Notes: a model not told the origin generated them from the sequence alone. A stretch of DNA of 53,346 nt from an uncultured Bacillota bacterium (GCA_937916565.1 CALFSR010000135.1:1-53346); one strand, 5' to 3'; shown: positions 10,757 through 18,925, numbered from the stretch's first letter. Program-made: numbers and translations.

Positions 10757-11195
10757 GCTGGCGACGTGCCGGCCGCAAGCAGGTGCAGGCCGGTCCGGCA
10801 CTCCTTGCGCGAAGCCTCGATGGACCGGAGCCGCATGCCGCGGCCCGGCCGAGCCCCCCAACCAGCGGAACAGCTATGGTTTCCGTGGATCTTCGCTTTT
10901 GTGGGATCTTTTCCTCTATTGCCGCCACCGGCGACGGTAGATCGAGAAGGAAGTCCCGAGGCACCGGGATACTAGTCCCGCGACAAAACGGGACTCGCGG
11001 GCAGGAGGAAGCGACTGCCAGGAGTCAAATATACTTTGTGACAAGATTCGACGCCGGAGGCTTTGTCCACCGGCCCGAAGGTCCCCCGGCGGACTGCAGG
11101 TATCCAACGCCGATCCCCACCCCCCCAGGCAGCGGAACCCGGTCCAATGGGGGACGCTTCATTTACCTGCTATCTGCAGTCGGCCCAAGAAATTC

Positions 11196-11233
11196 GAATG
11201 CCCCTGGGAACTCGCGTTCCTCCAGGGGCATTC
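11196..11233 (-). terminator. Rho-independent terminator after the flagellar operon
   Basis: Perfect 12-bp arms GAATGCCCCTGG and CCAGGGGCATTC. The 14-nt spacer can extend the stem (GGAAC/GTTCC). On the minus strand the hairpin is followed by GAATTTCTT. It begins 26 nt after the stop at 11259. Confidence 0.7.
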
Positions 11234-11258
11234 GCTTCGCCTCAGGAGACCTCTCTTC

Positions 11259-11837
11259 TTACCCTTTGTGATCGATGAAGCGGGCTTCACCGTCGGAAGG
11301 GCCCTCGGGCCGGTGGTACGCCCGGGCAGCCCGGCGGGTGGCCTGGGTCTGGGTGATGTCGCCCCGGATCCGCCGCAGGCGCTCCCGCAACATCTCCTCG
11401 GTGGTGCCTTCCACCGCCTGCAACTGTTGCATGACCTCCCGCAGCTCGTCTAGGATCGGCGACAGCCCGGCGACCGCCTCGGTAAAGGCAGGATCGTCCA
11501 TGTCGCCGGCGGCTTGCTGCAGGTGACCCAAGGTGGGCTCGCTCGCGCCCACGACGGCGGCTAGTCCTTGCCGGCACGCCTGCACCCGCTGCTCCATGTC
11601 GTGCAGCCGGCCGGTGACGGCTTCCTTATGGGCGTGAAGGCGCAGGAACTCGTCGAGATCGTCGCTCACTAGATGCTGCTGCGCCTGCCGAGCCAAGCTG
11701 AGCCATTCCCGGTAGGCGCCTAGCTGGGCCGTGTAGGCGGCAACCAACTCCGCCGCCAGCTGGCCGGCCAGCTCACGCCCGGTCGGGGCTACCACCCCCG
11801 GCCCCCCCTTCCCCGCGCGCAATCTGCGCCCACGCAT
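11259..11837 (-). CDS. Putative flagellar export chaperone (FliT/FlgN-like), all-helical
   Basis: Occupies the position after fliS, as fliT does in B. subtilis flaG-fliD-fliS-fliT. The sequence is helical and Leu/Gln/Glu-rich (LGAYREWLSLARQAQQHLVSDDLDEFLRLHAHKEAV). No strict motif is present. The start may be GTG at 11795 rather than ATG at 11837. Confidence 0.5.
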   Translation of the reverse strand: MRGRRLRAGKGGPGVVAPTGRELAGQLAAELVAAYTAQLGAYREWLSLARQAQQHLVSDDLDEFLRLHAHKEAVTGRLHDMEQRVQACRQGLAAVVGASEPTLGHLQQAAGDMDDPAFTEAVAGLSPILDELREVMQQLQAVEGTTEEMLRERLRRIRGDITQTQATRRAARAYHRPEGPSDGEARFIDHKG

Positions 11838-12189
11838 CCCGAAGCTCGCTCAAGAGGCCGATCACCTCCTGCAGCGGCGCTGCTTCCTTGCGGATGTTGC
11901 CCTCCACGAGCCGGCGGTGCATGTAGTCGTACAGTTGCGCCAAGTTGGCCGCGATGTCCCCCGCCTGCGGCTCCAAAGCCCGGTCGAGCTCGGCGATGAT
12001 GTCCTGCGCCCGCACGATGGCGCGATGCGCTTCCTCGAGCTCCCTGTCCTCGATAGCCGCGATTCCTTGGCGAATGAAGCGGATGGCACCGTCGTAGAGC
12101 ATGATGACCAAATCCGCCGGGTTTGCCGTCTTAACCTGGGCGCTCCGGTACTGCTGCGCTGCTTGCTTGGCGTATGCCGCCGCGTACAT
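11773..12189 (-). CDS. fliS: Flagellin-specific chaperone FliS
   Basis: YRSAQVKTANPADLVIMLYDGAIRF and LAQLYDYMHRRLVEGN. ATG at 12189 sits 9 nt after GGGAGG. The ORF-track start at 12216 is less likely. Confidence 0.9.
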   Translation of the reverse strand: MYAAAYAKQAAQQYRSAQVKTANPADLVIMLYDGAIRFIRQGIAAIEDRELEEAHRAIVRAQDIIAELDRALEPQAGDIAANLAQLYDYMHRRLVEGNIRKEAAPLQEVIGLLSELRDAWAQIARGEGGAGGGSPDRA

Positions 12190-12222
12190 CGATCGATGCC
12201 TCCCGCTCAGGCACACCGCTCG

Positions 12223-13599
12223 TCAGCGGCGGCGAGCCTGGTACGACGCGAACGAGTTCAACTGCTGGAGCTGGGCCTCGAGCCACGTTGCCGTCGTCTG
12301 GTAGCCGCCGAGCACCTCTTCGAGCCGAACAAACTGTCGCCGCAAGGTGGTCTCCCGCATCTCAAGGCGGGTTTCCATCCGCTCGATGCTCCGGTCGATG
12401 TCCCTCATGCGGTCATCTAGCATCTGCTGCCGGGACACCAGCAAGCCGCCGCCGGAGCGCAGCCACTGCTCCAGCTGGTTGCCAAGGCGCACCGCGACAC
12501 CGTCGAAGCCGTCCTTCGCGGCGCTCGCGGCAAACAGGCGCTGCACCGCGTCCGGATCCTCGTTGACCGCGGCCCGCAGTTTGTTTTCGTCCAGCGTCAT
12601 CGTGCCGCTCTTGTCGATCGTAATACCGATCTGGGCAAGCTGGTTGTAGGCGGTGTCGCCGGCGATGGGAGCGCTCGTCTGGTGCCGCAGCTGGGCTTGT
12701 ATCCGCTGCAGGAGCACGTCGCCCTGGAGCACCTGCCCCTTGCCGGTCTTATCCTTGATGAACGTCTGAACAGAGTTGTACTGCTCCACGAACGCCTTGA
12801 CCCGGTCCACGACGCGGTTTATGTCATGCCGGATCGCGACGCTGGTTTCGCCGGCTTTCAGCAGCGTCAGGGTGACGCCTTCGATGACGTCCGATACCGT
12901 GTTGGTCTTGCGGGTTATCTCAAGGCCGTCGACCTTAAACACGGCGTCCTGCGCCGCCTGGAGCTCATGCTTGACAAACTTTTCGCCGGGATTTTCCGCG
13001 TCAACCTTGAGAATGCCCAGCTGGGTCAACACCCCGGACTCATCGACCGCACTGTCCTCAAACTCGATGGACTCCCCCAGGTCGGTCGCCTGGAGCACGA
13101 GGCGCTGGTCGATGATCCTGGCGGTGACGCCGGCATCGGCTTCGTTGATCTTCTTTGCGATCGTTGCCAGCGTATCATCCTCGCCGACGGTGATCTCCGC
13201 CGACTTGTCGCCCACGGTGATCTTGAACGTCCCGCTCAGTCCCAGTTGGTCCTCAAGGGCAAACTGGTCGGACGCCACCCGGTGCGCCTGCGCGAGCTGG
13301 ATGACCTCAAGCCGGAAGACGCCGGGCGAAGCCGCGGTTCCCGCGGAGGCCGTTGCGACGGTCGCGTCCGAAGAGGACGCGGTGCGGCTGGTGAAGGTGA
13401 TTGAGAGGCGCAGATCCGACAGCCGGCTCGACAAGTTGTTGAGCCGTGTGTTGATGTCGCGCCAAGCGTCCCGCTCCTGCTGCAGAGTCGACTTGCGCTG
13501 TTGCATCTGCGCGATGGGCCGTCGCTCCACGGCCAGGATGGCCTCGATCCACGCGTCGGTGTCGAGGCCGGACGCGATGCCGGTAATGTACATACTCAC
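12223..13599 (-). CDS. fliD: Flagellar filament cap protein FliD (hook-associated protein 2)
   Basis: N-terminus YITGIASGLDTDAWIEAILAVERRPI. C-terminal FliD helix region TLRRQFVRLEEVLGGYQTTATWLEAQL. The start is GTG at 13599 or ATG at 13593. Confidence 0.93.
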   Translation of the reverse strand: MSMYITGIASGLDTDAWIEAILAVERRPIAQMQQRKSTLQQERDAWRDINTRLNNLSSRLSDLRLSITFTSRTASSSDATVATASAGTAASPGVFRLEVIQLAQAHRVASDQFALEDQLGLSGTFKITVGDKSAEITVGEDDTLATIAKKINEADAGVTARIIDQRLVLQATDLGESIEFEDSAVDESGVLTQLGILKVDAENPGEKFVKHELQAAQDAVFKVDGLEITRKTNTVSDVIEGVTLTLLKAGETSVAIRHDINRVVDRVKAFVEQYNSVQTFIKDKTGKGQVLQGDVLLQRIQAQLRHQTSAPIAGDTAYNQLAQIGITIDKSGTMTLDENKLRAAVNEDPDAVQRLFAASAAKDGFDGVAVRLGNQLEQWLRSGGGLLVSRQQMLDDRMRDIDRSIERMETRLEMRETTLRRQFVRLEEVLGGYQTTATWLEAQLQQLNSFASYQARRR

Positions 13600-13674
13600 C
13601 GCCGTTCACCCCCTGCGCGCCACGGCAGAGCCTGGCGCACGTGCCCCCCCGACGGTTTCCGCTTGCCGCGGGGC

Positions 13675-14052
13675 TTAGGCATACTCGTCAATTAAGATCC
13701 CGATCAGCTTTTGAAGCTGGCCGACCAGGTCCAAAATCTTCTCCGGCGGAATCTCCCGGAGCACTTCCCCGGTCTCCTGGTCCACAACCTGGACGTAGAT
13801 CCGCTCGGTCTCCTCGTGCACCTTAAACTTGAGCCGCTTGTCGACTGCGTCCAAGGTACGGTTTAGCCCATCCGCGATGCGGTCAAGAACGGAACGCTCG
13901 TACACGGGACGCTTCTCGTCGCTCTCGCCGGGGCACGCCCGCTCCTGGGAGCGCTGCGGCTGCCGCTGGATGGCGGTCGTCACCTGGACCCGGGGCTGAA
14001 TCGCCTGGTTCCATGCGACGTTCCCGCCCCCCGTCACTTCCGGAACCCGCAT
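13675..14052 (-). CDS. flaG: FlaG family flagellar protein
   Basis: C-terminus LKFKVHEETERIYVQVVDQETGEVLREIPPEKILDL is the FlaG signature. ATG at 14052 is preceded by GAGGTGA. The 206-aa ORF-track version (to 14295) would run across predicted promoters and into the upstream gene. Confidence 0.8.
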   Translation of the reverse strand: MRVPEVTGGGNVAWNQAIQPRVQVTTAIQRQPQRSQERACPGESDEKRPVYERSVLDRIADGLNRTLDAVDKRLKFKVHEETERIYVQVVDQETGEVLREIPPEKILDLVGQLQKLIGILIDEYA

Positions 14053-14123
14053 GGGCCTCACCTCGCGTTTGACCGGCCGCCGACCCTGAGCCGGCGGCTC
14101 AGAGGACAGTTTCCTATTTACTG

Positions 14124-14150
14124 TTTCGGCGCGCGGCGAACCAACCTTTA
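14124..14150 (-). promoter_or_regulatory. sigmaD/FliA-type promoter candidate for flaG-fliD-fliS
   Basis: The minus strand reads TAAA-N16-GCCGAAAC. The consensus is TAAA-N15-GCCGATAA. The -35 element matches 4/4 and the GCCGA core is intact. It lies about 70 nt upstream of the flaG ATG. Confidence 0.5.
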
Positions 14151-14196
14151 GCGGCATGTTCAGGCAGCCGTAGGTCCAAGACGAGGCTGCGCTGCC

Positions 14197-14225
14197 ATCA
14201 TATTGCCAATACTTGCCGCTGTCAA
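14197..14225 (-). promoter_or_regulatory. Near-consensus sigmaA-type promoter upstream of flaG
   Basis: The minus strand reads TTGACA-N17-TATGAT (gttgacagcggcaagtattggcaatatgat). It lies between the stop of the upstream gene (14246) and the sigmaD-like element. Confidence 0.5.
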
Positions 14226-14245
14226 CTTGCCGGCACCACCCTCCC

Positions 14246-14737
14246 TCACCGCTGGCCGCCGCCGGCGCCCACCTCCCGCAACACCTCACGGGCAATCCGG
14301 AAGCTGTCGAGCGCCGCCGGCACGCCGCAGTAGACCGCGGTCTGCAGCAAAACCTCCCGGATCTCCTCCACCGTGCAGCCGTTGCGGACGGCTCCCCGCA
14401 CGTGCAGGCGCAACTCGTGGGGGCGGTTGAGCGCGGTCATCATCGCCAGGTTGATGAGACTGCGTACCTTGGGCGAAAGTCCCGGCCGGGTCCATATCGA
14501 GCCCCAGCAAAACTCCGTGATCAGGTTCTGCAGGGGCCTGGTAAAGTCGTCTGCTTCCTTGAGCGATCGGTCGACGTACTCGTCCCCGAGCACCGCCCGC
14601 CGGACCGCCATCCCCTGCTCATAGCGGCTTCCCTCGCCGCCTGCCGCCTTCGGATCCGCAGGTTCCATAGTCGTCGTTTCAAGGTCTGCCTGAGTCCGGT
14701 TCGTCGTCTCACGGTTCGTCGCTCCGGAGCTTGTCAT
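14246..14737 (-). CDS. Carboxymuconolactone decarboxylase (CMD/AhpD-like) family protein
   Basis: FCWGSIWTRPGLSPKVRSLINLAMMTALNRPHELRLHVRGAVRNGCTVEEIREVLLQTAVYCGVPAA is typical of the PcaC/CMD family. ATG at 14737 sits 7 nt after GGAGGTG. The ORF-track start is 14752. Confidence 0.8.
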   Translation of the reverse strand: MTSSGATNRETTNRTQADLETTTMEPADPKAAGGEGSRYEQGMAVRRAVLGDEYVDRSLKEADDFTRPLQNLITEFCWGSIWTRPGLSPKVRSLINLAMMTALNRPHELRLHVRGAVRNGCTVEEIREVLLQTAVYCGVPAALDSFRIAREVLREVGAGGGQR

Positions 14738-14790
14738 ATGCGCACCTCCCATTCCCGCTCGGTCCCGGTGTGCCCACGGGCCGCTGCCCT

Positions 14791-14841
14791 AGTTCTTGAT
14801 CCAACCGACCGAGTTCTTGATCCACCCTACTTCTTGATCGA
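14791..14841. promoter_or_regulatory. Three direct repeats with core TTCTTGATC in the divergent CMD/liv intergenic region
   Basis: AGTTCTTGATCCA at 14791-14803. An identical copy at 14812-14824. ACTTCTTGATCGA at 14829-14841. Start-to-start spacings are 21 and 17 bp. An inverted partial copy (TTGATCG) is at 14929-14935. Confidence 0.6.
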
Positions 14842-14917
14842 CGACGCCGCCCCTGTCGTCGCCCTTGCACAAACAGCGCGACGGAGCAGGGAACTCCCGC
14901 GCCTGTGGCGAATCGTT

Positions 14918-14930
14918 CGGGAAATTCCCG
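14918..14930. promoter_or_regulatory. Perfect 13-bp palindrome CGGGAA-A-TTCCCG upstream of the liv binding-protein gene
   Basis: Seen directly in the sequence, 48-60 nt upstream of the TTG start at 14978. Its function is unknown; an operator is one possibility. Confidence 0.35.
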
Positions 14931-14977
14931 ATCAAAGGGCGCCCAGCGTCCTAATTTCGCGTCAGGAGGTATTGGTC

Positions 14978-16129
14978 TTGAGCTCATCCAGAGTCGGTCG
15001 TCTGCTGTTTGGGTCTTGTCGTCTGTTCGGCGCCGGGCTCCTCGCCGTCCTCGCGGCCGTGCTGGTCCTGGGCGGCGGCTTGGCCCTGGCCCAGCAGACG
15101 GTCGTCATCGGTATGCTTGGACCTTTGAGCGGAGACTACGCTACGTACGGCACCAGCGTGGCCAACGGCGTCGAGCTGGCTATCAACGAGGCCAACGCTT
15201 CCGGCAATTACAGCTATCGGTTCGTTCTTCAGAAGGAGGACACCCGCGGCGACCAGGTGCAGGCGCTCAATGCCATGAACAAGCTCATCGAGCTCGATCG
15301 CGTCACCGCCATCGTGGGCGCGGTCCTGAGCGGCGAGACGCTGACCGCCGGCCCCATCGCCCAGGACGCCGGCGTACCGATGATTACCCCGTCGGCCACT
15401 GCCCCGGCGGTGTCGGAGATCGGCGACTACGAGTTCCGCAACGTCATCACCGATGACGTGCAGGCCGCCCAGATGGCCGAGTACGCCATCAACAGCCTCG
15501 GCCTGCGCCGGTTTGCCATCCTGCACGCCAACAACGACTACGGCGTCGCCCTGCGGCGGGCTTTTGAGGCGGGCGTGCAGGCCAACGGCGGCCAGGTCGT
15601 AGCGGTGGAGTCCTACCTCGACGGCGACAGCAACTTCAGCGCTCAGCTGACCAACATCGCCCGCCAGAATCCGGAGGCGCTCTACATCGGCGGCTACTAC
15701 ACCGAGGCGGCCAAGATCGCCCAGCAGGCAGCTTTGCAGGGCCTCAACGTGCGGCTGATGGGCGCTGACGGTTTTGACTCGCCGGAGCTCATCTCCCTCG
15801 GCGGTGCTGCCGTGGAGGGCGCCTTGTTCACCTCCGGCTTCTACAACGCCACCGAGGACCCGCTGGCGGCCGAGTTCGTGCGCAAGTACGAGGCGGCCTA
15901 CGGGATGAAGCCCGACATGTTCGCGGCCAACGCCTACGACTCTGCTCGGATTATCCTCGAGGCGATCCAGGCCGTCGGCCCCAACCGGGCGGCCGTGCGC
16001 GACTGGATTGCGAACGTGCAGGACTTCCCTGGCGTCACCGGCGTGACGACCTTCGCTGACAACGGCGACGCCGTGAAGCCGCTCTACATCCTCCGGGTGG
16101 AGAACGGCCAGTTCACCCAGGAGCGGTAA
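14978..16129 (+). CDS. Branched-chain amino-acid ABC transporter substrate-binding protein (LivJ/LivK/BraC family)
   Basis: TTG at 14978 sits 8 nt after AGGAGG. A signal/TM segment is followed by VVIGMLGPLSGDYATYGTSVANGVELAINEAN and GADGFDSPELI, typical of Peripla_BP_6 proteins. The 638-aa ORF-track version is an upstream extension running antisense to the CMD gene. Confidence 0.88.
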   Translation: MSSSRVGRLLFGSCRLFGAGLLAVLAAVLVLGGGLALAQQTVVIGMLGPLSGDYATYGTSVANGVELAINEANASGNYSYRFVLQKEDTRGDQVQALNAMNKLIELDRVTAIVGAVLSGETLTAGPIAQDAGVPMITPSATAPAVSEIGDYEFRNVITDDVQAAQMAEYAINSLGLRRFAILHANNDYGVALRRAFEAGVQANGGQVVAVESYLDGDSNFSAQLTNIARQNPEALYIGGYYTEAAKIAQQAALQGLNVRLMGADGFDSPELISLGGAAVEGALFTSGFYNATEDPLAAEFVRKYEAAYGMKPDMFAANAYDSARIILEAIQAVGPNRAAVRDWIANVQDFPGVTGVTTFADNGDAVKPLYILRVENGQFTQER

Positions 16130-16138
16130 CCCACCCTT

Positions 16139-16174
16139 GCCGGGAAGCGGCGCCGTTTGGCGCCGCTTCCCGGC
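16139..16174 (+). other. Strong intercistronic hairpin after the binding-protein gene
   Basis: Perfect 16-bp arms GCCGGGAAGCGGCGCC and GGCGCCGCTTCCCGGC with loop GTTT, beginning 10 nt after the stop codon. No U-tract follows. A second imperfect hairpin, GGGTGGCGC...GCGTCCACCC, lies at about 16229-16260. Confidence 0.7.
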
Positions 16175-16298
16175 TCGCACCGGGTTTGCACACCGGGCTC
16201 CAAGCCGGTATGATTGGGAGGAAACAACGGGTGGCGCTTGCCTTGCGCAGGCGTCCACCCTTGTCCTTTATCGCTGTGCCGCTGAGCGGGGTGCGCCT

Positions 16299-17171
16299 TT
16301 GTTTGCACAACAACTGATCAACGGGCTCGTAACGGGAAGCACCTATGCCCTCATCGCCCTCGGCTACACCATGGTGTACGGTGTGCTGCAGCTCATCAAC
16401 TTTGCCCACGGCGAGATCTACATGGTCGGCGCGTTTACCGGCCTGCTGCTGGTGACCGTGGCCAAACTGCCGTTTCCGCTGGCCTTGCTTTTGGCCATGG
16501 GCGGCACGGCCGTCCTGGGCGTCACCATCGAGTTCATCGCCTACCGCCCGCTGCGGCGCTCGTCTCGCCTGTCGGTGCTGATCAGCGCCATCGGTATGTC
16601 CATTTTTGTCCAAAACGTCGCCCTGTGGATCTGGGGCCCGTCGACCCGCAGCTTCCTGCCGCCGTTTCCGGTGACGACCTTCACCATCGCGGGCCTGCGT
16701 ACCAACACGCTGGACCTGCTGACGCTTCTGGTGGCGGTGCTGATGATGGTCGGCCTGCACCTTTTGGTCACCCGCACAAAGCTGGGCAAGGCCATGCGGG
16801 CCGTGGCGCAGGACCGGGAAACCGCAGCCTTGATGGGGATTAACGTCAACCGCACCATCGCCTTTACCTTCGCCATCGGGTCTAGCCTCGCCGCCGCGGC
16901 CGGGGTCATGGTCGGCATGCTCTTTAACGCCGTTACCCCCAGCATGGGGGTTATGCCGGGCTTGAAAGGCTTTGTCGCCGCAGTGCTGGGCGGCATCGGC
17001 CACATACCCGGGGCGATGGTCGGAGGGCTCGTGCTCGGCATGGCGGAAGTGCTGGGCGTGGCGCTGCTCAGCTCCCAGTGGCGGGACGCCGTCGCCTTTG
17101 CCATCTTGATCCTGGTCCTGCTCTACCGTCCGTCGGGCTTGTTGGGCCGGCGCACGCAGGAGAAGGTGTGA
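16299..17171 (+). CDS. livH: Branched-chain amino-acid ABC transporter permease LivH
   Basis: LINGLVTGSTYALIALGYTMVYGVLQLINFAHGEIYMVGAF is the LivH N-terminal signature. TTG at 16299 is the only plausible in-frame start near it. The ORF track extends upstream across the hairpin. Confidence 0.88.
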   Translation: MFAQQLINGLVTGSTYALIALGYTMVYGVLQLINFAHGEIYMVGAFTGLLLVTVAKLPFPLALLLAMGGTAVLGVTIEFIAYRPLRRSSRLSVLISAIGMSIFVQNVALWIWGPSTRSFLPPFPVTTFTIAGLRTNTLDLLTLLVAVLMMVGLHLLVTRTKLGKAMRAVAQDRETAALMGINVNRTIAFTFAIGSSLAAAAGVMVGMLFNAVTPSMGVMPGLKGFVAAVLGGIGHIPGAMVGGLVLGMAEVLGVALLSSQWRDAVAFAILILVLLYRPSGLLGRRTQEKV

Positions 17172-17178
17172 ACCGTCG

Positions 17179-18165
17179 ATGATCGATTGGCTCGACGGGG
17201 TGCTGCGGGGGTTCATCAACCCGTACTATTACGGCATCCTCGTCACCATTGGGATCAATATCATCCTCGCCTTGAGCCTTAACCTCGTAACGGGTTTCAC
17301 GGGCCAGCTGCACCTGGGCCACGCCGCCTTTATGGCCATCGGCGCGTACACGGCAGGCCTTTTGAGCACCAAGGCCGGATTCGGTTTCGCCGGTGCAGTA
17401 ATTGTTGCGGGGCTTGTCGCCGCGGTCGCAGGCGTCATCGTCGGCCTGCCCACGCTGCGCCTGCGGGGCGACTACTTGGCCATCGCCACCTTGGGCTTTG
17501 GAGAGATCGTGCGCATCACCTTGCTCAACCTGGATATCACCGGCGGGCCCTTTGGGCTGCGGGGTATCCCGAGGCAGACGAATCTTCCCATCGTTATCCT
17601 GGCTGTGCTTTTTTCCTTCCTCGTGCTGCGCAGCCTGGTGAACTCCCGCATGGGCCGGGCGCTCATCGCTATCCGCGAGGATGAAGTCGCCGCCCAGACC
17701 ATGGGCATCGACACGACCCGCCTCAAGGTTACCTCGTTCACGGTGGCCGCCTTCTTCGCGGGGATTGCGGGCGCGCTGTTCGCCTACTGGTTCCGATACC
17801 TGAACCCGTCTTCATTCGGTTTCATGGTGTCGATTGAGCTTTTGGCCATGGTCGTGTTCGGCGGCTTGGGAAACCTCCTCGGGTCGGTCCTGGGCGCAGG
17901 CGTCATGACGTATTTGCCCGAGTTTCTCCGTACGGTGGCGCCGGCCATCGCGGAACGGCGGCTGGTGTTTTACGGCGCGCTGCTGGTCATCGTCATGATT
18001 TTGCGGCCCAACGGCCTTTTGGGCACCAGCTCTGAACAAGGGTGGCTTGAGATCTGGTTAGCCCGCCGGCGCTCCCAGGGCGCGGCCGGACGAGTGGGCA
18101 GCGGGCCAGGCGCGGGCTCTGAGGCGCCGCCGGCAACGGGAGGTGCAGGCCATGGCCCTGCTTGA
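17179..18165 (+). CDS. livM: Branched-chain amino-acid ABC transporter permease LivM, with an extra C-terminal tail of about 45 aa rich in Gly/Ala/Pro
   Basis: TGFTGQLHLGHAAFMAIGAYTA, LRLRGDYLAIATLGFGEI and ALIAIREDEVAAQTMGI. Confidence 0.88.
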   Translation: MIDWLDGVLRGFINPYYYGILVTIGINIILALSLNLVTGFTGQLHLGHAAFMAIGAYTAGLLSTKAGFGFAGAVIVAGLVAAVAGVIVGLPTLRLRGDYLAIATLGFGEIVRITLLNLDITGGPFGLRGIPRQTNLPIVILAVLFSFLVLRSLVNSRMGRALIAIREDEVAAQTMGIDTTRLKVTSFTVAAFFAGIAGALFAYWFRYLNPSSFGFMVSIELLAMVVFGGLGNLLGSVLGAGVMTYLPEFLRTVAPAIAERRLVFYGALLVIVMILRPNGLLGTSSEQGWLEIWLARRRSQGAAGRVGSGPGAGSEAPPATGGAGHGPA

Positions 18166-18925
18166 GGTGCGCGGTTTGACCATGGAGTTCGGGGGCTTGC
18201 GGGCCGTCGACGACGTCACCTTTGACGTGCACGAGGGCGAGATCCTGAGCGTCATCGGCCCCAACGGGGCGGGAAAGACGACCGTATTCAACGTGCTGAC
18301 CGGGATTTACCACCCGACCCGGGGCGACATCGTCTTTCGGGGGCAGCGGCTGAACGCCCTCAAACCCCACCAGATCACGGCCCTTGGTATCGCGCGCACG
18401 TTCCAAAACATCCGCCTGTTCCGGGAGATGAGCGTCTGGGAAAACGTCGTCGTCGGCGCCCACACCCGCCTTAAGAGCGGCTTCTTTAGCTCGGTGTTCA
18501 AGGGCCCGGCGACGCGCAGGGAAGAGCGGGCGGCTCGGGAGCGGGCCTACCGGCACCTCGAGTTTGTCGGCCTTAAGGGCCTCGAGACCACCAAAGCCCG
18601 GCAGCTCCCCTACGGCGCCCAGCGGCGGCTGGAGATCGCCCGGGCCCTCGCGGCGGAGCCGCGCCTTTTGCTCCTCGATGAGCCGGCCGCGGGCATGAAC
18701 GCGGGCGAAACCGAAGAGCTGATGGGCCTCATCCGCAGGCTCAAGGAGCAATCCATCACCATCATCCTGATCGAGCACGACATGCGGATGGTGATGGACA
18801 TTTCCGAGCGCATCGTGGTGCTGGACCACGGCCGTAAGATCGCCGAAGGCACACCCGCGGAAGTGCGGCGGCATGAAGCGGTCATCGCGGCGTACTTGGG
18901 GGCGAGCGCGCGTGCTGGCGGTTGA
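18152..18925 (+). CDS. livG: Branched-chain amino-acid ABC transporter ATP-binding protein LivG
   Basis: Walker A GPNGAGKTT, signature motif LPYGAQRRLEIARAL, Walker B LLLLDEPAAGMN. ATG at 18152 follows GGGAGGTG. The ORF-track start is 18143. Confidence 0.92.
   Translation: MALLEVRGLTMEFGGLRAVDDVTFDVHEGEILSVIGPNGAGKTTVFNVLTGIYHPTRGDIVFRGQRLNALKPHQITALGIARTFQNIRLFREMSVWENVVVGAHTRLKSGFFSSVFKGPATRREERAARERAYRHLEFVGLKGLETTKARQLPYGAQRRLEIARALAAEPRLLLLDEPAAGMNAGETEELMGLIRRLKEQSITIILIEHDMRMVMDISERIVVLDHGRKIAEGTPAEVRRHEAVIAAYLGASARAGG

Noticed and set aside
10940-10995. A possible RNase P RNA fragment, because GAGAAGGAAGTCCCGAGG resembles the GAGGAAAGUCCGGGC P4 motif
   Set aside because: Only this short word is similar. 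The surrounding sequence lacks the other conserved RNase P, SRP, tmRNA or GEMM-I riboswitch blocks that I could recall. I treated it as coincidence pending a covariance-model scan.
10783-11271. A 162-aa plus-strand ORF, and other small ORFs, in the gap between the flagellar and chemotaxis operons
   Set aside because: The composition is not protein-like (runs of P, R, G, S) and there is no ribosome-binding site. The ORF also overlaps the terminator hairpin and the end of the fliT-like gene.
14213-14977. The N-terminal 255 aa of the 638-aa ORF-track entry for the LIV binding protein
   Set aside because: This part runs antisense through the CMD-family gene and the repeat-bearing intergenic region. 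A TTG with a well-spaced AGGAGG at 14978 precedes a normal signal peptide.
16231-16317. A 28-codon small ORF (GTG preceded by GGGAGG) in the livK-livH spacer
   Set aside because: It overlaps the second hairpin and the livH start. Its sequence (VALALRRRPPLSFIAVPLSGVRLCLHNN) has no recognisable feature. More likely it is a fortuitous frame in a structured spacer.
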